In this document: positions 27,295-37,374 of the stretch, piece by piece
Position numbering within the stretch: position 1 is the first letter of the stretch
Layout of the letters: each line of letters starts with the position of its first letter
Source of the DNA: Candidatus Zixiibacteriota bacterium
GTDB taxonomy: Bacteria; Zixibacteria; MSB-5A5; GN15; JAAZOE01
Direction of reading: 5' to 3'
Assembly (NCBI GenBank): GCA_043819555.1
Contig: JBDREQ010000066.1
Coordinates: 64,001 to 128,000 of the forward strand
DNA length: 64,000 bases
Position numbers and translations under genes: made by a program
Notes under the pieces: model-generated
What the model was told of the DNA's origin: nothing
The model's database searches: none
Seen by the model: the letters and a program-made list of their open reading frames with translations, nothing else

Positions 27295-28866
27295 TCAAAA
27301 CTTATATGAATAAGATACCTCGATTATGTTCGACGTGTAATATTCGGCATAAGGCCTGGACATATCGGCCAGGTTGTCAAAATTATCGATCGTATAAGTA
27401 ATTTCTAATTTGTGGACGGGAGTTATTGAATAAATTCCCTTAAAATATATTCGGGAACTTTCTATATCCACATCCTGCTGACTTCGCACATACTGGCCGC
27501 CGATACCTGTCTGAAATTCACGGTATACCGGACTCATATAATTGCCGCTTAAGATATAATCGCTGAATTCGAATGAACCGCTCATATTATCATAGACACC
27601 TTTCAAATATGAAAATTGAAAATCCAGTCCACCCATTCCCGATTTTGTCAATTGGCCCTCAAGGCTCCATTTCCCATAACTTGATTCGCTCCCAATTTCG
27701 TTATTCTCTATTTTTTTATTTTCTCTTAGTATGCGAACATTGCCATATTCCCGCGGCAAGTCATATTTGAGCGATACCCGGTAGCGTGAATAATCCCTGT
27801 CGCCAGTTAACGTTTCCCCTTCGTTAACAGCCCGATTTTCGGAACCATAATTGGCTTTGGCGGTCATTTGAGGCGATAGTTTGGCCCAGCCCGACAAATA
27901 ATATCCCCTGGACGATAATTCATCCGGGATCATGTCGTTTACTTTATGGCGATATCCAAGAGTAATTCCTGCCGTTTGCGGCCATACTTTGCTGACAAAA
28001 AACCCTTGCGTTATATTATCGGTTGCGGTCAGATCTCCGGTCCGCCGTGCTCGATCCCAGATAAAGTCGTATTTCAAACTATATCCTGAGCCATAATTAT
28101 ACTTCACCCCGCCCCAAACCGTATTCGCAGAAAGGGTATCGAATCGATTCTTGACTTTAGTCGTGTAATGCTGAAACCCGCTGTTGAGAATAACTTTTTG
28201 ATAAAACGGCAGTTGGATTACCGCGTTGATTCTGGCACGTGACGAATTACGATCATTATCCCAAACTAAATCGTCATTAAATGACGTTGACCGATAATCT
28301 GCCTGGAAATTATAGTAGAAATGCGTAAAACGAAAACCGGAATTAAAATATTTCTGGCTATAATTTATCTTGTTCTTTAAAATGGCTGGACCGATGCTGT
28401 ACAGATTGGCCGCATATCCTTCTTTCCCAACTGAACCGATTCCTCCATATAAGCGAATCATTCGATGCGGCTGAAACCACGCATTGCCGCCGATAGTCTT
28501 TCTTTCGGTATTGGCGGAACCCGTTGAATTATAAATCCTGCGATATTGATTATAATTCAGATTAATTCCATAGTTTCCCGACTTCGATAAACCCAATGAG
28601 AGGTCTCGATTTTTTAACGTGATATTTTTGAAATCGGCATTCACACGAGTGCCATTATTGAAACGATAATTAAATTTTTCAAGAGATATCTGAAGTCCGT
28701 TATACATATTAAAATTGGGATGATAAACACTCAAACTACCTTCTTCAGATAAATTCAAATAGCCAACTTTGACCACTCCGGTTGACTGCTCGGCCATCGC
28801 TAACGCGGCCGATAACAGGAGAACAGCCGCAACCAGACAGATTATTTTATAAGTTTCGTACAACAA
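27295..28866 (-). CDS. Outer-membrane beta-barrel porin (MtrB/PioB-like position)
   Basis: Signal peptide, alternating amphipathic strands rich in Tyr/Gly, C-terminal YSYKF; lies between two multiheme cytochromes. Confidence 0.8.
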   Translation of the reverse strand: MLYETYKIICLVAAVLLLSAALAMAEQSTGVVKVGYLNLSEEGSLSVYHPNFNMYNGLQISLEKFNYRFNNGTRVNADFKNITLKNRDLSLGLSKSGNYGINLNYNQYRRIYNSTGSANTERKTIGGNAWFQPHRMIRLYGGIGSVGKEGYAANLYSIGPAILKNKINYSQKYFNSGFRFTHFYYNFQADYRSTSFNDDLVWDNDRNSSRARINAVIQLPFYQKVILNSGFQHYTTKVKNRFDTLSANTVWGGVKYNYGSGYSLKYDFIWDRARRTGDLTATDNITQGFFVSKVWPQTAGITLGYRHKVNDMIPDELSSRGYYLSGWAKLSPQMTAKANYGSENRAVNEGETLTGDRDYSRYRVSLKYDLPREYGNVRILRENKKIENNEIGSESSYGKWSLEGQLTKSGMGGLDFQFSYLKGVYDNMSGSFEFSDYILSGNYMSPVYREFQTGIGGQYVRSQQDVDIESSRIYFKGIYSITPVHKLEITYTIDNFDNLADMSRPYAEYYTSNIIEVSYSYKF

Positions 28867-28880
28867 GGCTCTTCTCCCTT

Positions 28881-29786
28881 TTAATTGTACCGGTGGCAAT
28901 AACATGCCTCCGGTTTTCCTGTTAGTTTAAGACCCAGATCCTGGTCAAGTAAAAAGCGGTTTCTAAAATCGAATGTACCATGAACCTGACTGTGGCAATC
29001 AATACATTCAAGATAGGCAAAATCTCCATCGTGCGCCGTAGCGGAATGCCCGACTCCATTACTGTGGCATTGCAGACATAAACCGTTGCCCGGCTGAGTC
29101 ATGAGCCTTTCATTGGGGCTTCCGTGCGGCGAATGGCACGAAGTACATCCTGAACCTTCGGTCGAAAAAGTACTCGTGGCCTCATGTTCGGCCATAAAGG
29201 GCCCGCTCTGCTCGGGGTGACAGGAAGCGCAATTGACGCCAACCCCATGGCCAAAGCCTGGCGATCCCTTTCCCGTAAAATCATGACATCCGGTGCACGT
29301 GGCGCCGCCAAAACCGATAGGATGACTTGACCGTTGAATGAATTCATTGACAACAGCGTTGTGACATTTTTCACAAATCGAAGCATCATCATGATTAATC
29401 GCATTTCTCTCGCCGGCATGAATGGCGTGGCATGAAATGCACGATAAGTCAAGCTCAGCATGAGATATCAATCCGGAAGCGCTTGCATTGAGATGCGGAT
29501 TATGGCAATCTGAGCAAATATCCCCAATCTCGTGTGTCTCTGATGTAGCTGGATTTATTATATTATTTGTCGCTGGATCGTCAACATGGGCCTCGCCGTC
29601 ACCATGACAGCTTGTACAGCCGATTACAATCGAGCCGGCTCGAGCCTTTGACTCCAAAGCATGCGGACTGTCAATAATTGTCTTCTCATATCCTTCATGG
29701 CAATCCAGACAGGTTTCACTTGTGACTTGGCCAAATCCTATTTGATATCCTAAAATCAGAAAAATAATTAATAATTTTACCTGCAT
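28881..29786 (-). CDS. Periplasmic decaheme cytochrome c, MtrA/DmsE family
   Basis: Ten CxxCH plus terminal CYCH; family motifs CHPEQSGPFMAEH, CTSCHSPHGS, LCLQCH and CHSQVHG. Confidence 0.9.
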   Translation of the reverse strand: MQVKLLIIFLILGYQIGFGQVTSETCLDCHEGYEKTIIDSPHALESKARAGSIVIGCTSCHGDGEAHVDDPATNNIINPATSETHEIGDICSDCHNPHLNASASGLISHAELDLSCISCHAIHAGERNAINHDDASICEKCHNAVVNEFIQRSSHPIGFGGATCTGCHDFTGKGSPGFGHGVGVNCASCHPEQSGPFMAEHEATSTFSTEGSGCTSCHSPHGSPNERLMTQPGNGLCLQCHSNGVGHSATAHDGDFAYLECIDCHSQVHGTFDFRNRFLLDQDLGLKLTGKPEACYCHRYN

Positions 29787-29955
29787 CTTTTTTACCAGCC
29801 TCCTGTCTCTTTGCAAACGATAACTATTTTACTCATTTCAATAATACCATACTATTTCTATCGTCATTAAAGCAAGGTGCTTTATCTTAAATAAAAATAT
29901 TTTTTATATGCGACTAATTATGTCCCGTTTTATTCGCGGTTTTTTTATTTGTCTA

Positions 29956-30231
29956 TTAAATCAATGCTGCCACGGCAGCGGTGCGGTCGCGCCGAAAAAG
30001 CTTCAAAATGTCGTCGACCGGACATTCCTCGCAATTTAGATTGACATGGGTTGTAATTATTGAGGATAGATTGTCATCGAAAAGCGAAGCGTACTTATTG
30101 GTGTATTGCTTTTTTGCAAGAATATTCGCCCCCCGCAATACATCGCAGTCTTCACAATTTGGAACCTTGCGCACATTTGCCAGCATTGCGGCAATTTCCT
30201 TTGCCGCCGGTTTTCTTCTTAACGAAAACAT
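29956..30231 (-). CDS. Small hypothetical protein with two CxxC motifs
   Basis: CEDC and CEEC; GGGGAG RBS before ATG 30231. Confidence 0.55.
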   Translation of the reverse strand: MFSLRRKPAAKEIAAMLANVRKVPNCEDCDVLRGANILAKKQYTNKYASLFDDNLSSIITTHVNLNCEECPVDDILKLFRRDRTAAVAALI

Positions 30232-30350
30232 TGACTCCCCATTACCAGGATAATTCACACTCATAATATTAAACGAAAGTTTTTAGAGAACAGGCAATAA
30301 TAAAATTCGTGAGGGAGTATTTTTTTCAATAAATGACCCGATAGGTCTGT

Positions 30351-31049
30351 TTAACCAACGATATCGCCCAAACGCGACCACCGAACCCTTTGGAAAAAAT
30401 GCTGCATATTATAAAATACTGACTTCGGAATTGATGTTAAATCGGCTAAAGTCACTTCCGGAGCCTTTTCATCGGGCGTCCATGACCAGTGAATCATCAT
30501 GGCCTGCCCCTGGATTAATTCAAGATCAACCGGCCCCCAAAACCTGGAATCATAGCTATTATCGCGATTGTCCCCCATGCAAAAGATATGGTTTTGCGGA
30601 ACCAGGAATTTTGGGATATTATCTCGCCGATTATGCCCTAAACCCGGAGGCAGGATTTTCGAGTCAGTGAATTTGGAGAATTCCGGATTGGGGAAGCGAA
30701 CCCCGTCAACATATAAAACTTTGTCGATTACTTCCACCACCTGACCTTCGGTGGCGACGCAGCGCTTGATATAATTTGTTTCCCGATCGACCGGAAATCG
30801 AAAAACAACCACATCGCCCGGCTTTGGATTTCTGAAGGCGGGCAATCGCCAATTGGTCAATGGAATCTGGGCGCCATAGATAAATTTATTGGCCAGAAAA
30901 AAATCGCCGACAAGCATCGTATCTTCCATAGATGAAGAAGGTATTTTATAAGCTTCCACGACTGAAGTTTTTATAATAAACGCCAGGACCAGGGCAATAA
31001 TTAATGACTTGGCGTATTCATATGTTCCGGTAGATATTTTTTTTGTCAA
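30351..31049 (-). CDS. lepB: Signal peptidase I (paralogue 2)
   Basis: IPSSSMEDT, YIKRC and MGDNRDNSYDSRFWG. Confidence 0.93.
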   Translation of the reverse strand: MTKKISTGTYEYAKSLIIALVLAFIIKTSVVEAYKIPSSSMEDTMLVGDFFLANKFIYGAQIPLTNWRLPAFRNPKPGDVVVFRFPVDRETNYIKRCVATEGQVVEVIDKVLYVDGVRFPNPEFSKFTDSKILPPGLGHNRRDNIPKFLVPQNHIFCMGDNRDNSYDSRFWGPVDLELIQGQAMMIHWSWTPDEKAPEVTLADLTSIPKSVFYNMQHFFQRVRWSRLGDIVG

Positions 31050-31131
31050 ATCGCCTCCGCGCAATAATTGAAATTTTCACGACATAAATTTATATAACCC
31101 TTTTATTGAGAAAAGGTGACATTCTTCTGCA

Positions 31132-31860
31132 TTAATCAACGGTCTTCGCAAAACGATCCCAGCGAATCCGGCCTAAAAATCGGGTTGTGTTATCCCAAAC
31201 CGAACCCGGTATAGTTGTTAAATCGGTCATATCAATCTGGGTAGCGTCTTTATCTTCCGCAATCGACCATTGAATCATAAAAACATACCCTTCAATAAAC
31301 TCAAGAGGCACTATCCCCCAAAATCTTGAGTCTCTGCTATTATCGCGATTATCGCCCATCGCGAATACTGATCCCTGTGGCACCCGGTATGGCCCAAAAT
31401 TATCACGCTGCGGCACAAATCGATCAGGATTCTTTCCATCAATATATTTCGAGAATTCAGCGTCGGGGAATATTTCACCGTCAACATACAGGATTTTATT
31501 TTTCACTTCCACAATCTGCCCTTCAACAGCGACACAGCGCTTGACATAATCTGTTTTGCCGTCGAGAGGGTACTTAAAAGTAATTATATCCCCCGGCTGT
31601 GGCGGCCTGACCGCCGGCAGTCGCCAATTAGTAAACGGTATTTTTACGCCATACAGGAACTTATTGGAGATTATCAAATCGCCAACAAGGAGAGTATCTT
31701 CCATTGATGACGAAGGCACTTTGTAAGCTTCGGCTATTGATGTTTTAATGATAAAGGCCGCAACCACGGCGAATAATATCGCCTTAGCGTAATCAAATGA
31801 TTGGCTAACCACCGTTTTTTTCTTTATCGATTCTTTTTTCTTCTTCTGTTTCTGTGACAT
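31132..31860 (-). CDS. lepB: Signal peptidase I (paralogue 1)
   Basis: VPSSSMEDT, YVKRC and MGDNRDNSRDSRFWG. Confidence 0.93.
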   Translation of the reverse strand: MSQKQKKKKESIKKKTVVSQSFDYAKAILFAVVAAFIIKTSIAEAYKVPSSSMEDTLLVGDLIISNKFLYGVKIPFTNWRLPAVRPPQPGDIITFKYPLDGKTDYVKRCVAVEGQIVEVKNKILYVDGEIFPDAEFSKYIDGKNPDRFVPQRDNFGPYRVPQGSVFAMGDNRDNSRDSRFWGIVPLEFIEGYVFMIQWSIAEDKDATQIDMTDLTTIPGSVWDNTTRFLGRIRWDRFAKTVD

Positions 31861-31877
31861 TAATATCTAAACTCGTC

Positions 31878-32942
31878 TTACCCGGTGATTACTCGCGCGA
31901 TATCGTTGTAAGTCACCATTATTATCACAACCAGCAAAAATACCAGCCCAATTTGCTGAGCAATTGCACGCTGGTTAATTGTTAACGGTTTTCCCTTAAT
32001 TTTCTCGATCAGGAGAAATATCAAATGTCCCCCGTCCAGTACCGGAATAGGAAGAATATTCAAAACAGCCAGGTTCACAGAGAGCAGCGACATAAATGCG
32101 AGAAGCGTAGCAAAACCCATTTTTGCCGTTTCGCCTGCCATTTGCGCGATAAAAACAGGCCCGCCCATCATCTTTGGAGAGATTTGAGCCGTTACCAAAT
32201 TATAAATGAATTTATAAACGAGAACGGTAAATTCTATTGTTTTGGAGAAACCGCGACCGGCAGCTTTAAAAAATCCAAGATTGACAAATGATGTTTGTTG
32301 GCCTACCCCCATCATCCCGATTGGAATCTTCTCGCCCTTATCATTATAAACTTCTTCCGAATAGGTCGTCAATTCAGCTGACATTTCGACGCCATTGCGC
32401 ATCCAGTTTACGCTAATCTGCTCTTCGACATGAGAGGAGATAATCCGAGCCATACTTTCAAATGTTGTTACGGGCGATTCATTTATATGGATTATCTTAT
32501 CTCCCGGTTTGATTCCCGCTCCCTCGGCAGGGCTTCCTTCGGAAACTATTCCTATGACAGCTTGATCGGTATCGATAATTTCCTCGCCGTTGATAAAAAA
32601 TATCCCCCAAAGTATAAAAAAGGCGAGAACAAAATTCATAATTGGTCCGGCCGCAACAACAAGGGTCCGGGCGCCCACTGATTTTGACATGAATTCATGA
32701 GGCGCTCCGGTCGATTCTTCGCCCGGTAATTCACCGGCCATTTTTACGAATCCGCCCATAGGTATAAGGCCGATTGAATATTCAGTCTCGCCCACTTTTT
32801 TCTTTATTATAGCCGGTGGGAATCCAAGTGAAAATTTCTCAACTTTGATCCCGGCCCGTTTAGCGGCGATAAAATGACCCAATTCATGAAAGAAGATTAA
32901 AACGCCAAGTACAAATACCGTTGAAAGAATGGTTATTATCAT
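31878..32942 (-). CDS. rseP: RIP metalloprotease RseP
   Basis: HELGH, PDZ domain and NILPIPVLDGG. Confidence 0.95.
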   Translation of the reverse strand: MIITILSTVFVLGVLIFFHELGHFIAAKRAGIKVEKFSLGFPPAIIKKKVGETEYSIGLIPMGGFVKMAGELPGEESTGAPHEFMSKSVGARTLVVAAGPIMNFVLAFFILWGIFFINGEEIIDTDQAVIGIVSEGSPAEGAGIKPGDKIIHINESPVTTFESMARIISSHVEEQISVNWMRNGVEMSAELTTYSEEVYNDKGEKIPIGMMGVGQQTSFVNLGFFKAAGRGFSKTIEFTVLVYKFIYNLVTAQISPKMMGGPVFIAQMAGETAKMGFATLLAFMSLLSVNLAVLNILPIPVLDGGHLIFLLIEKIKGKPLTINQRAIAQQIGLVFLLVVIIMVTYNDIARVITG

Positions 32943-34096
32943 ATCATTTTCCTGACTATTTTTTCAGCTTTATTTCTGGTTTCCCTGTCGGCATTTAATA
33001 TATCGTCAAGGTCCGGTTTTTTAACCACGTCATGTTCAACTAAAATTCTCTCAATAAGTTCCGTAATTTGAACAAATCCAATCCTTCCGTCAAGGAAATA
33101 AGCGACCGCCATTTCATTAGCGGCATTGATAACAGCTGGGGCCGTTCCTCCAGCTTTGGCCGCATTACGGGCCAGCTTGAGGGCTGGGAATTTTTTCTCA
33201 TCGGGAGCGAAAAAATCAAGCCGCCCCGCTTCAGTCAAACTCAATCGCCCGTTATCAGACTCCACCCGGTCGGGCCAGAATAAAGCATAAGCAATAGGAA
33301 GTTTCATATCCGGGTTGGAAAGTTGAGCAATGATCGAACTGTCGTCATATTCCACCAGAGAATGGATAATTGATTGAGGGTGAATGACTATTTCAATTTG
33401 ATCGGCAGGCATTGTGAAAAGCCAGACTGCTTCAATCAATTCCAGTCCCTTATTCATCATTGTGGCCGAATCAATAGTAATTTTGGGACCCATTTTCCAG
33501 GTCGGATGAGCCAGAGCCTCATCAACGGTAATATCTTTAAATGATTCAATTTCGCGAGTCCTGAACGGTCCCCCCGATGCGGTCAGTATAATCTTTCTTA
33601 TTTCGGATAATTTTCCGGCGTTCATGCATTGCCAGATGGCCGAATGCTCGGAATCAACCGGCAAAATTTTCCCCCCGGATTTAATCACTTCATCTTCAAA
33701 AAGAGGGCCTCCGACAACCAATGATTCCTTATTGGCCAATGCCAGTTTTTTCCCCGCCTTAATCGTTTCCAGAGACGCCATCAAGCCGGCGGCGCCAACC
33801 AGGGAGTTTAGGACAATATCGTTCTTCTCCAGAGATGCCAGTTTTTTCAATCCCTCCGGCCCGTAAATAATCTCGATGTCCTTATCCGTTAAATCTTTTT
33901 TGAGTAGATCCGCTTCTTTTTCGGAAAAGACCGAAACGATTTTCGGATGAAATCTCTTTATTTGTTTTTTTAGCTCATCAAGATTTTTGCCCGCCGCAAG
34001 GGCAACAATATTAAAAGCGCCGGGATTACTGGTAATAACTTCAAGGGCTGAACAACCGATGGAGCCCGTTGAACCGAGTATGGTAATATTTTTCAT
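32939..34096 (-). CDS. dxr: 1-deoxy-D-xylulose-5-phosphate reductoisomerase
   Basis: LGSTGSIG, LANKESLV, PVDSEHSA, HPTWKMGPKITIDSATMMNKGLE. Confidence 0.97.
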   Translation of the reverse strand: MKNITILGSTGSIGCSALEVITSNPGAFNIVALAAGKNLDELKKQIKRFHPKIVSVFSEKEADLLKKDLTDKDIEIIYGPEGLKKLASLEKNDIVLNSLVGAAGLMASLETIKAGKKLALANKESLVVGGPLFEDEVIKSGGKILPVDSEHSAIWQCMNAGKLSEIRKIILTASGGPFRTREIESFKDITVDEALAHPTWKMGPKITIDSATMMNKGLELIEAVWLFTMPADQIEIVIHPQSIIHSLVEYDDSSIIAQLSNPDMKLPIAYALFWPDRVESDNGRLSLTEAGRLDFFAPDEKKFPALKLARNAAKAGGTAPAVINAANEMAVAYFLDGRIGFVQITELIERILVEHDVVKKPDLDDILNADRETRNKAEKIVRKMI

Positions 34097-34148
34097 CGTC
34101 ATTTCTTAATCTTATTTACGAATTATACTCCGGTCAGTTGCGTTTCGA

Positions 34149-34742
34149 TTATTCGATTGTTATTTCTCCCTTTTCGGGAACCGGTTTTCCTTCTTCCCAT
34201 ACTTTCACCATATGTACGGATTCAATCGGTTTATCGTTTTCATCGGTAGCCAGGCTTCCGATTTTTTTCACGATATCCATGCCCTCGACGGTACGGCCAA
34301 AAATCGTATATTTCGCATCCAAATCAGGACGGCGTGAAAGACAAATAAAAAACTGGCATGAAGCTGAATTAGGATCGTGTCCCCGCGCCATTGACAGCGT
34401 CCCCGGATTGTGCGGCAGATTGGAAAATTCGGCCGGAATTACATAACCGGAATGCCCCGAAATATCATTATTGGGCGAACCGGATTGAATTACGAAATTC
34501 TTGATTATGCGATGCCACTGCAATCCAGTATAAAATCCCTTATTCACAAGATCGAGAAAATTGGCGACATGGTTGGGAGCCACATCCGGCCATAATTCGA
34601 GAACTATTTTTCCTTGTTCAGTCTCGATATGTACACGGGGATATTTGCTATCGGCAACAGGCTCCTCTTGCGGCTCATCTTTGCCGCCTCCGCAATTGAC
34701 CAGCATGATTATACACAATATGAAAAAGGCAAATTGTCGCAT
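34149..34742 (-). CDS. Cyclophilin-type peptidyl-prolyl isomerase, lipoprotein
   Basis: Lipobox LVNC; APNHVANF, WHRIIKNFVIQ, GTLSMAR..SASCQFFI and YTIFG. Confidence 0.92.
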   Translation of the reverse strand: MRQFAFFILCIIMLVNCGGGKDEPQEEPVADSKYPRVHIETEQGKIVLELWPDVAPNHVANFLDLVNKGFYTGLQWHRIIKNFVIQSGSPNNDISGHSGYVIPAEFSNLPHNPGTLSMARGHDPNSASCQFFICLSRRPDLDAKYTIFGRTVEGMDIVKKIGSLATDENDKPIESVHMVKVWEEGKPVPEKGEITIE

Positions 34743-34921
34743 TTGGTCCAGTCTCCATCTAAAATTTATGAAGCGAATATAGACCTATGATTGGTTTAAG
34801 TCAAACATTTGTATAAATTTTGAAAGTGAATGGCAAGTTGCACTATTGAAAATAAAATTGTGATCGTATTGCTTGACAGATTTAATAGTCATATATTTGA
34901 AAACCCATTTGTGGAGGTTTT

Positions 34922-35923
34922 ATGATCATGGATATTTCCCAGCCGCGAATATCCCTGCTTTTATTTTTTTCAATTGCCCTCATATTCAATGCGTATATAA
35001 TCGCGAATGATAAACCTGAAAATGAAATTACGATGAGCGACGCGCAGCAGATATTAAAGCAGGCCGACGAAATATTCAAATCACGAAAATATGAAGAATC
35101 GCGAGATTACTATTTGAAGGTTCTCGATGAAGCGGAAAAAACAAATAATTTATCCGACCAAACCGAAGCGTTGGCTATGATCGCACGAACCTACCTTATA
35201 TTGGATGATATCACTTCGGGATACCCGTGGCTGGAGAAAGCCAAAAAGGCGGCGGATTTTGACCAGCCTCTGGGATGGTCGCGGTTCATGGGCGTTAAAG
35301 GTAGATTCCTGTGGAAAGAAGAAAAGCTCGATGAAGCCACCGTAATTTTTGAAAATATGTATGACTATTGTTCCGAACGAAAACTGCATGATCGCGCCAT
35401 TGACGCCGCCCATATGGTCGCCATTACCGGCGATCAGGAAACTCAGGTAATCTGGGCTTATAAGGCTATAAATGAAGCCGAAGCCGGCGGTTTGGAATCA
35501 TGGCTGGGGCCTCTCTGGAATAATCTGGGAGCGACCCTGGAAGAGATGGAACGATTTTATGAATCCCTTGAAGCCTACTTAAAGGCCCGCAATTACCATT
35601 ATAAACACGGCAATGATTTTAATAAAGCCATTGCCGACTGGGCCGTCGGTCATGCCTACGTTAACATCGGTGATATTGAAAACGCCTCCAAATGGATTAA
35701 TCCCGTACTTGATAAGTTTATTGCAATGGATGAAGGTGAATTTATTGGATTTACATACCGCGAAATGGGTGAGATCGAATTGGCCAAAGAAAATTTCTCA
35801 CAAGCCCACGACTACTTTGTCCGTGCCGAGGAAAAACTTAAAGAAGTAAAAATGCCCAAATGGAATCCGGATGGGTACCAAAAGATTCTTAATCGTATTG
35901 ACGAAACCCAAAAAAATAAATAA
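34922..35923 (+). CDS. Secreted tetratricopeptide-repeat protein
   Basis: N-terminal hydrophobic segment; helical TPR-like repeats such as LWNNLGATLEEMERFYESLEAYLKA. Confidence 0.75.
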   Translation: MIMDISQPRISLLLFFSIALIFNAYIIANDKPENEITMSDAQQILKQADEIFKSRKYEESRDYYLKVLDEAEKTNNLSDQTEALAMIARTYLILDDITSGYPWLEKAKKAADFDQPLGWSRFMGVKGRFLWKEEKLDEATVIFENMYDYCSERKLHDRAIDAAHMVAITGDQETQVIWAYKAINEAEAGGLESWLGPLWNNLGATLEEMERFYESLEAYLKARNYHYKHGNDFNKAIADWAVGHAYVNIGDIENASKWINPVLDKFIAMDEGEFIGFTYREMGEIELAKENFSQAHDYFVRAEEKLKEVKMPKWNPDGYQKILNRIDETQKNK

Positions 35924-35935
35924 ATTCCAAACCTC

Positions 35936-36826
35936 ATGATTGAATTTCCCATTAGCGGAGTAGAAACATATTGGTGGCTGCCAATTCTTTTTACTTTCGT
36001 TGTCTCTTGCCTGACCTCAACCGCCGGAATATCAGGCGCGTTTCTTTTATTGCCCTTTCAAGTTAGCGTTCTTGGTTTTACTTCTCCCGGAGTAACACCC
36101 ACTAATTTGCTATATAATATTGTTGCCATTCCGAGCGGTGTCTATCATTACTATCGGGAAAAGCGAATGGTCTGGCCCCTCGTCAAAGTCATATCCGCCG
36201 GAACTATTCCGGGAATTGCCCTGGGAATATTTGTCCGCGTCAGATATCTGCCCGACCCGGCCGCGTTTAAATTTTTCGTCGGACTCGTCCTGGTCTATAT
36301 CGCTTTTCGATTGTTAATCAATGCCATGAAAAAACAAGAGGTCGCCGTCAAATCATCAGCGGCATTTGAAGTAACCTCGGCGTCAATGACAATTAAAAAA
36401 GTAACATTTGATTTCAACGGCCAATCCCACTCTGTCTCGTCACCGATTCTGTTTACTCTGAGCGTTATCGTTGGGGCTATTGGAGGAATCTACGGAATCG
36501 GCGGCGGCGCCATCCTCGCTCCGATTCTTGTCATTATTTTTCGGATGCCGATTTATACCGTTTCCGGAGCGACGCTATTTGGAACATTTTTGACTTCGAC
36601 GGTTGGAGTCCTTTTTTATGTCGTCCTGGCTCCCCTGTTCGCGGCGGATAATATTTCGGCCAACCCCGACTGGATGCTGGGGCTGATGTTCGGCATCGGA
36701 GGCTCCCTGGGCATGTACCTGGGCGCACGAATCCAGAAATACCTTCCTGCCCGGTTAATAAAATTTCTGTTATTATCAATCATTCTCTACGCGGCGGCGA
36801 GATACATCATTGGATATTTTATGTAA
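35936..36826 (+). CDS. TauE/SafE family (sulfite exporter-like) membrane protein
   Basis: GISGAFLLLP, GGIYGIGGGAILAP; multiple TM helices. Confidence 0.88.
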   Translation: MIEFPISGVETYWWLPILFTFVVSCLTSTAGISGAFLLLPFQVSVLGFTSPGVTPTNLLYNIVAIPSGVYHYYREKRMVWPLVKVISAGTIPGIALGIFVRVRYLPDPAAFKFFVGLVLVYIAFRLLINAMKKQEVAVKSSAAFEVTSASMTIKKVTFDFNGQSHSVSSPILFTLSVIVGAIGGIYGIGGGAILAPILVIIFRMPIYTVSGATLFGTFLTSTVGVLFYVVLAPLFAADNISANPDWMLGLMFGIGGSLGMYLGARIQKYLPARLIKFLLLSIILYAAARYIIGYFM

Positions 36827-36854
36827 AAAATGCCGGCCCTTTCGGACCGGCATT
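36826..36854. terminator. Terminator between convergent genes
   Basis: AATGCCGG-ccctttcgga-CCGGCATT, with the A-run giving a U-tail on the minus strand. Confidence 0.65.
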
Positions 36855-36883
36855 GGCCTAGTAGATAACGAGTGGAGTTCCGA

Positions 36884-37318
36884 TTAGGAAATTTTAATTT
36901 CGATTTCTTTCGGTTTCTTTTCTTCCGCTTTGGCGGCGGTAACAATTAAAATGCCGTTTTTATAGTCGGCGGAAATTGATTCCGGATTAACCGTTTTGGG
37001 CAGGCTGAATGACCGATTGAATTTCCCGCTCCGAATTTCGGCTCGAACATATCCATTGTCTTTATTTTCAGAACGGACATTGCGCTCACCTGAAACGGAA
37101 AGAACACCATCCTCTACCCAAACCTTGATATCGCCTTTCTCCATACCGGGAAGTTCAAACATAAATTTGACATCATTATCAGCCTCCTGAATGTCAACCG
37201 CAGGATTAAAATCGGCTGAGGCGGTACTGCCAAAGGCGATGCCAAATACGTCGTCAAACAAATTATCCATCGTGTTTGAAAATCCAAAATGCCGAGGTCT
37301 CACTATTAAATTTCTCAT
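36884..37318 (-). CDS. Small heat-shock protein Hsp20/alpha-crystallin
   Basis: PAVDIQE, ELPG, LSVSGER, FNRSFSLP and ADYKNGIL. Confidence 0.95.
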   Translation of the reverse strand: MRNLIVRPRHFGFSNTMDNLFDDVFGIAFGSTASADFNPAVDIQEADNDVKFMFELPGMEKGDIKVWVEDGVLSVSGERNVRSENKDNGYVRAEIRSGKFNRSFSLPKTVNPESISADYKNGILIVTAAKAEEKKPKEIEIKIS

Positions 37319-37356
37319 TTTATCCTCCTTTGTGTTTTATTTTCTGAAAATAGAAT

Positions 37357-37374
37357 AAGCATAAATAATACCAA
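37357..37374 (-). promoter_or_regulatory. Sigma54 promoter of hsp20
   Basis: Minus strand TTGGTATTATTTATGCTT (GG-N10-GC). Confidence 0.6.
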
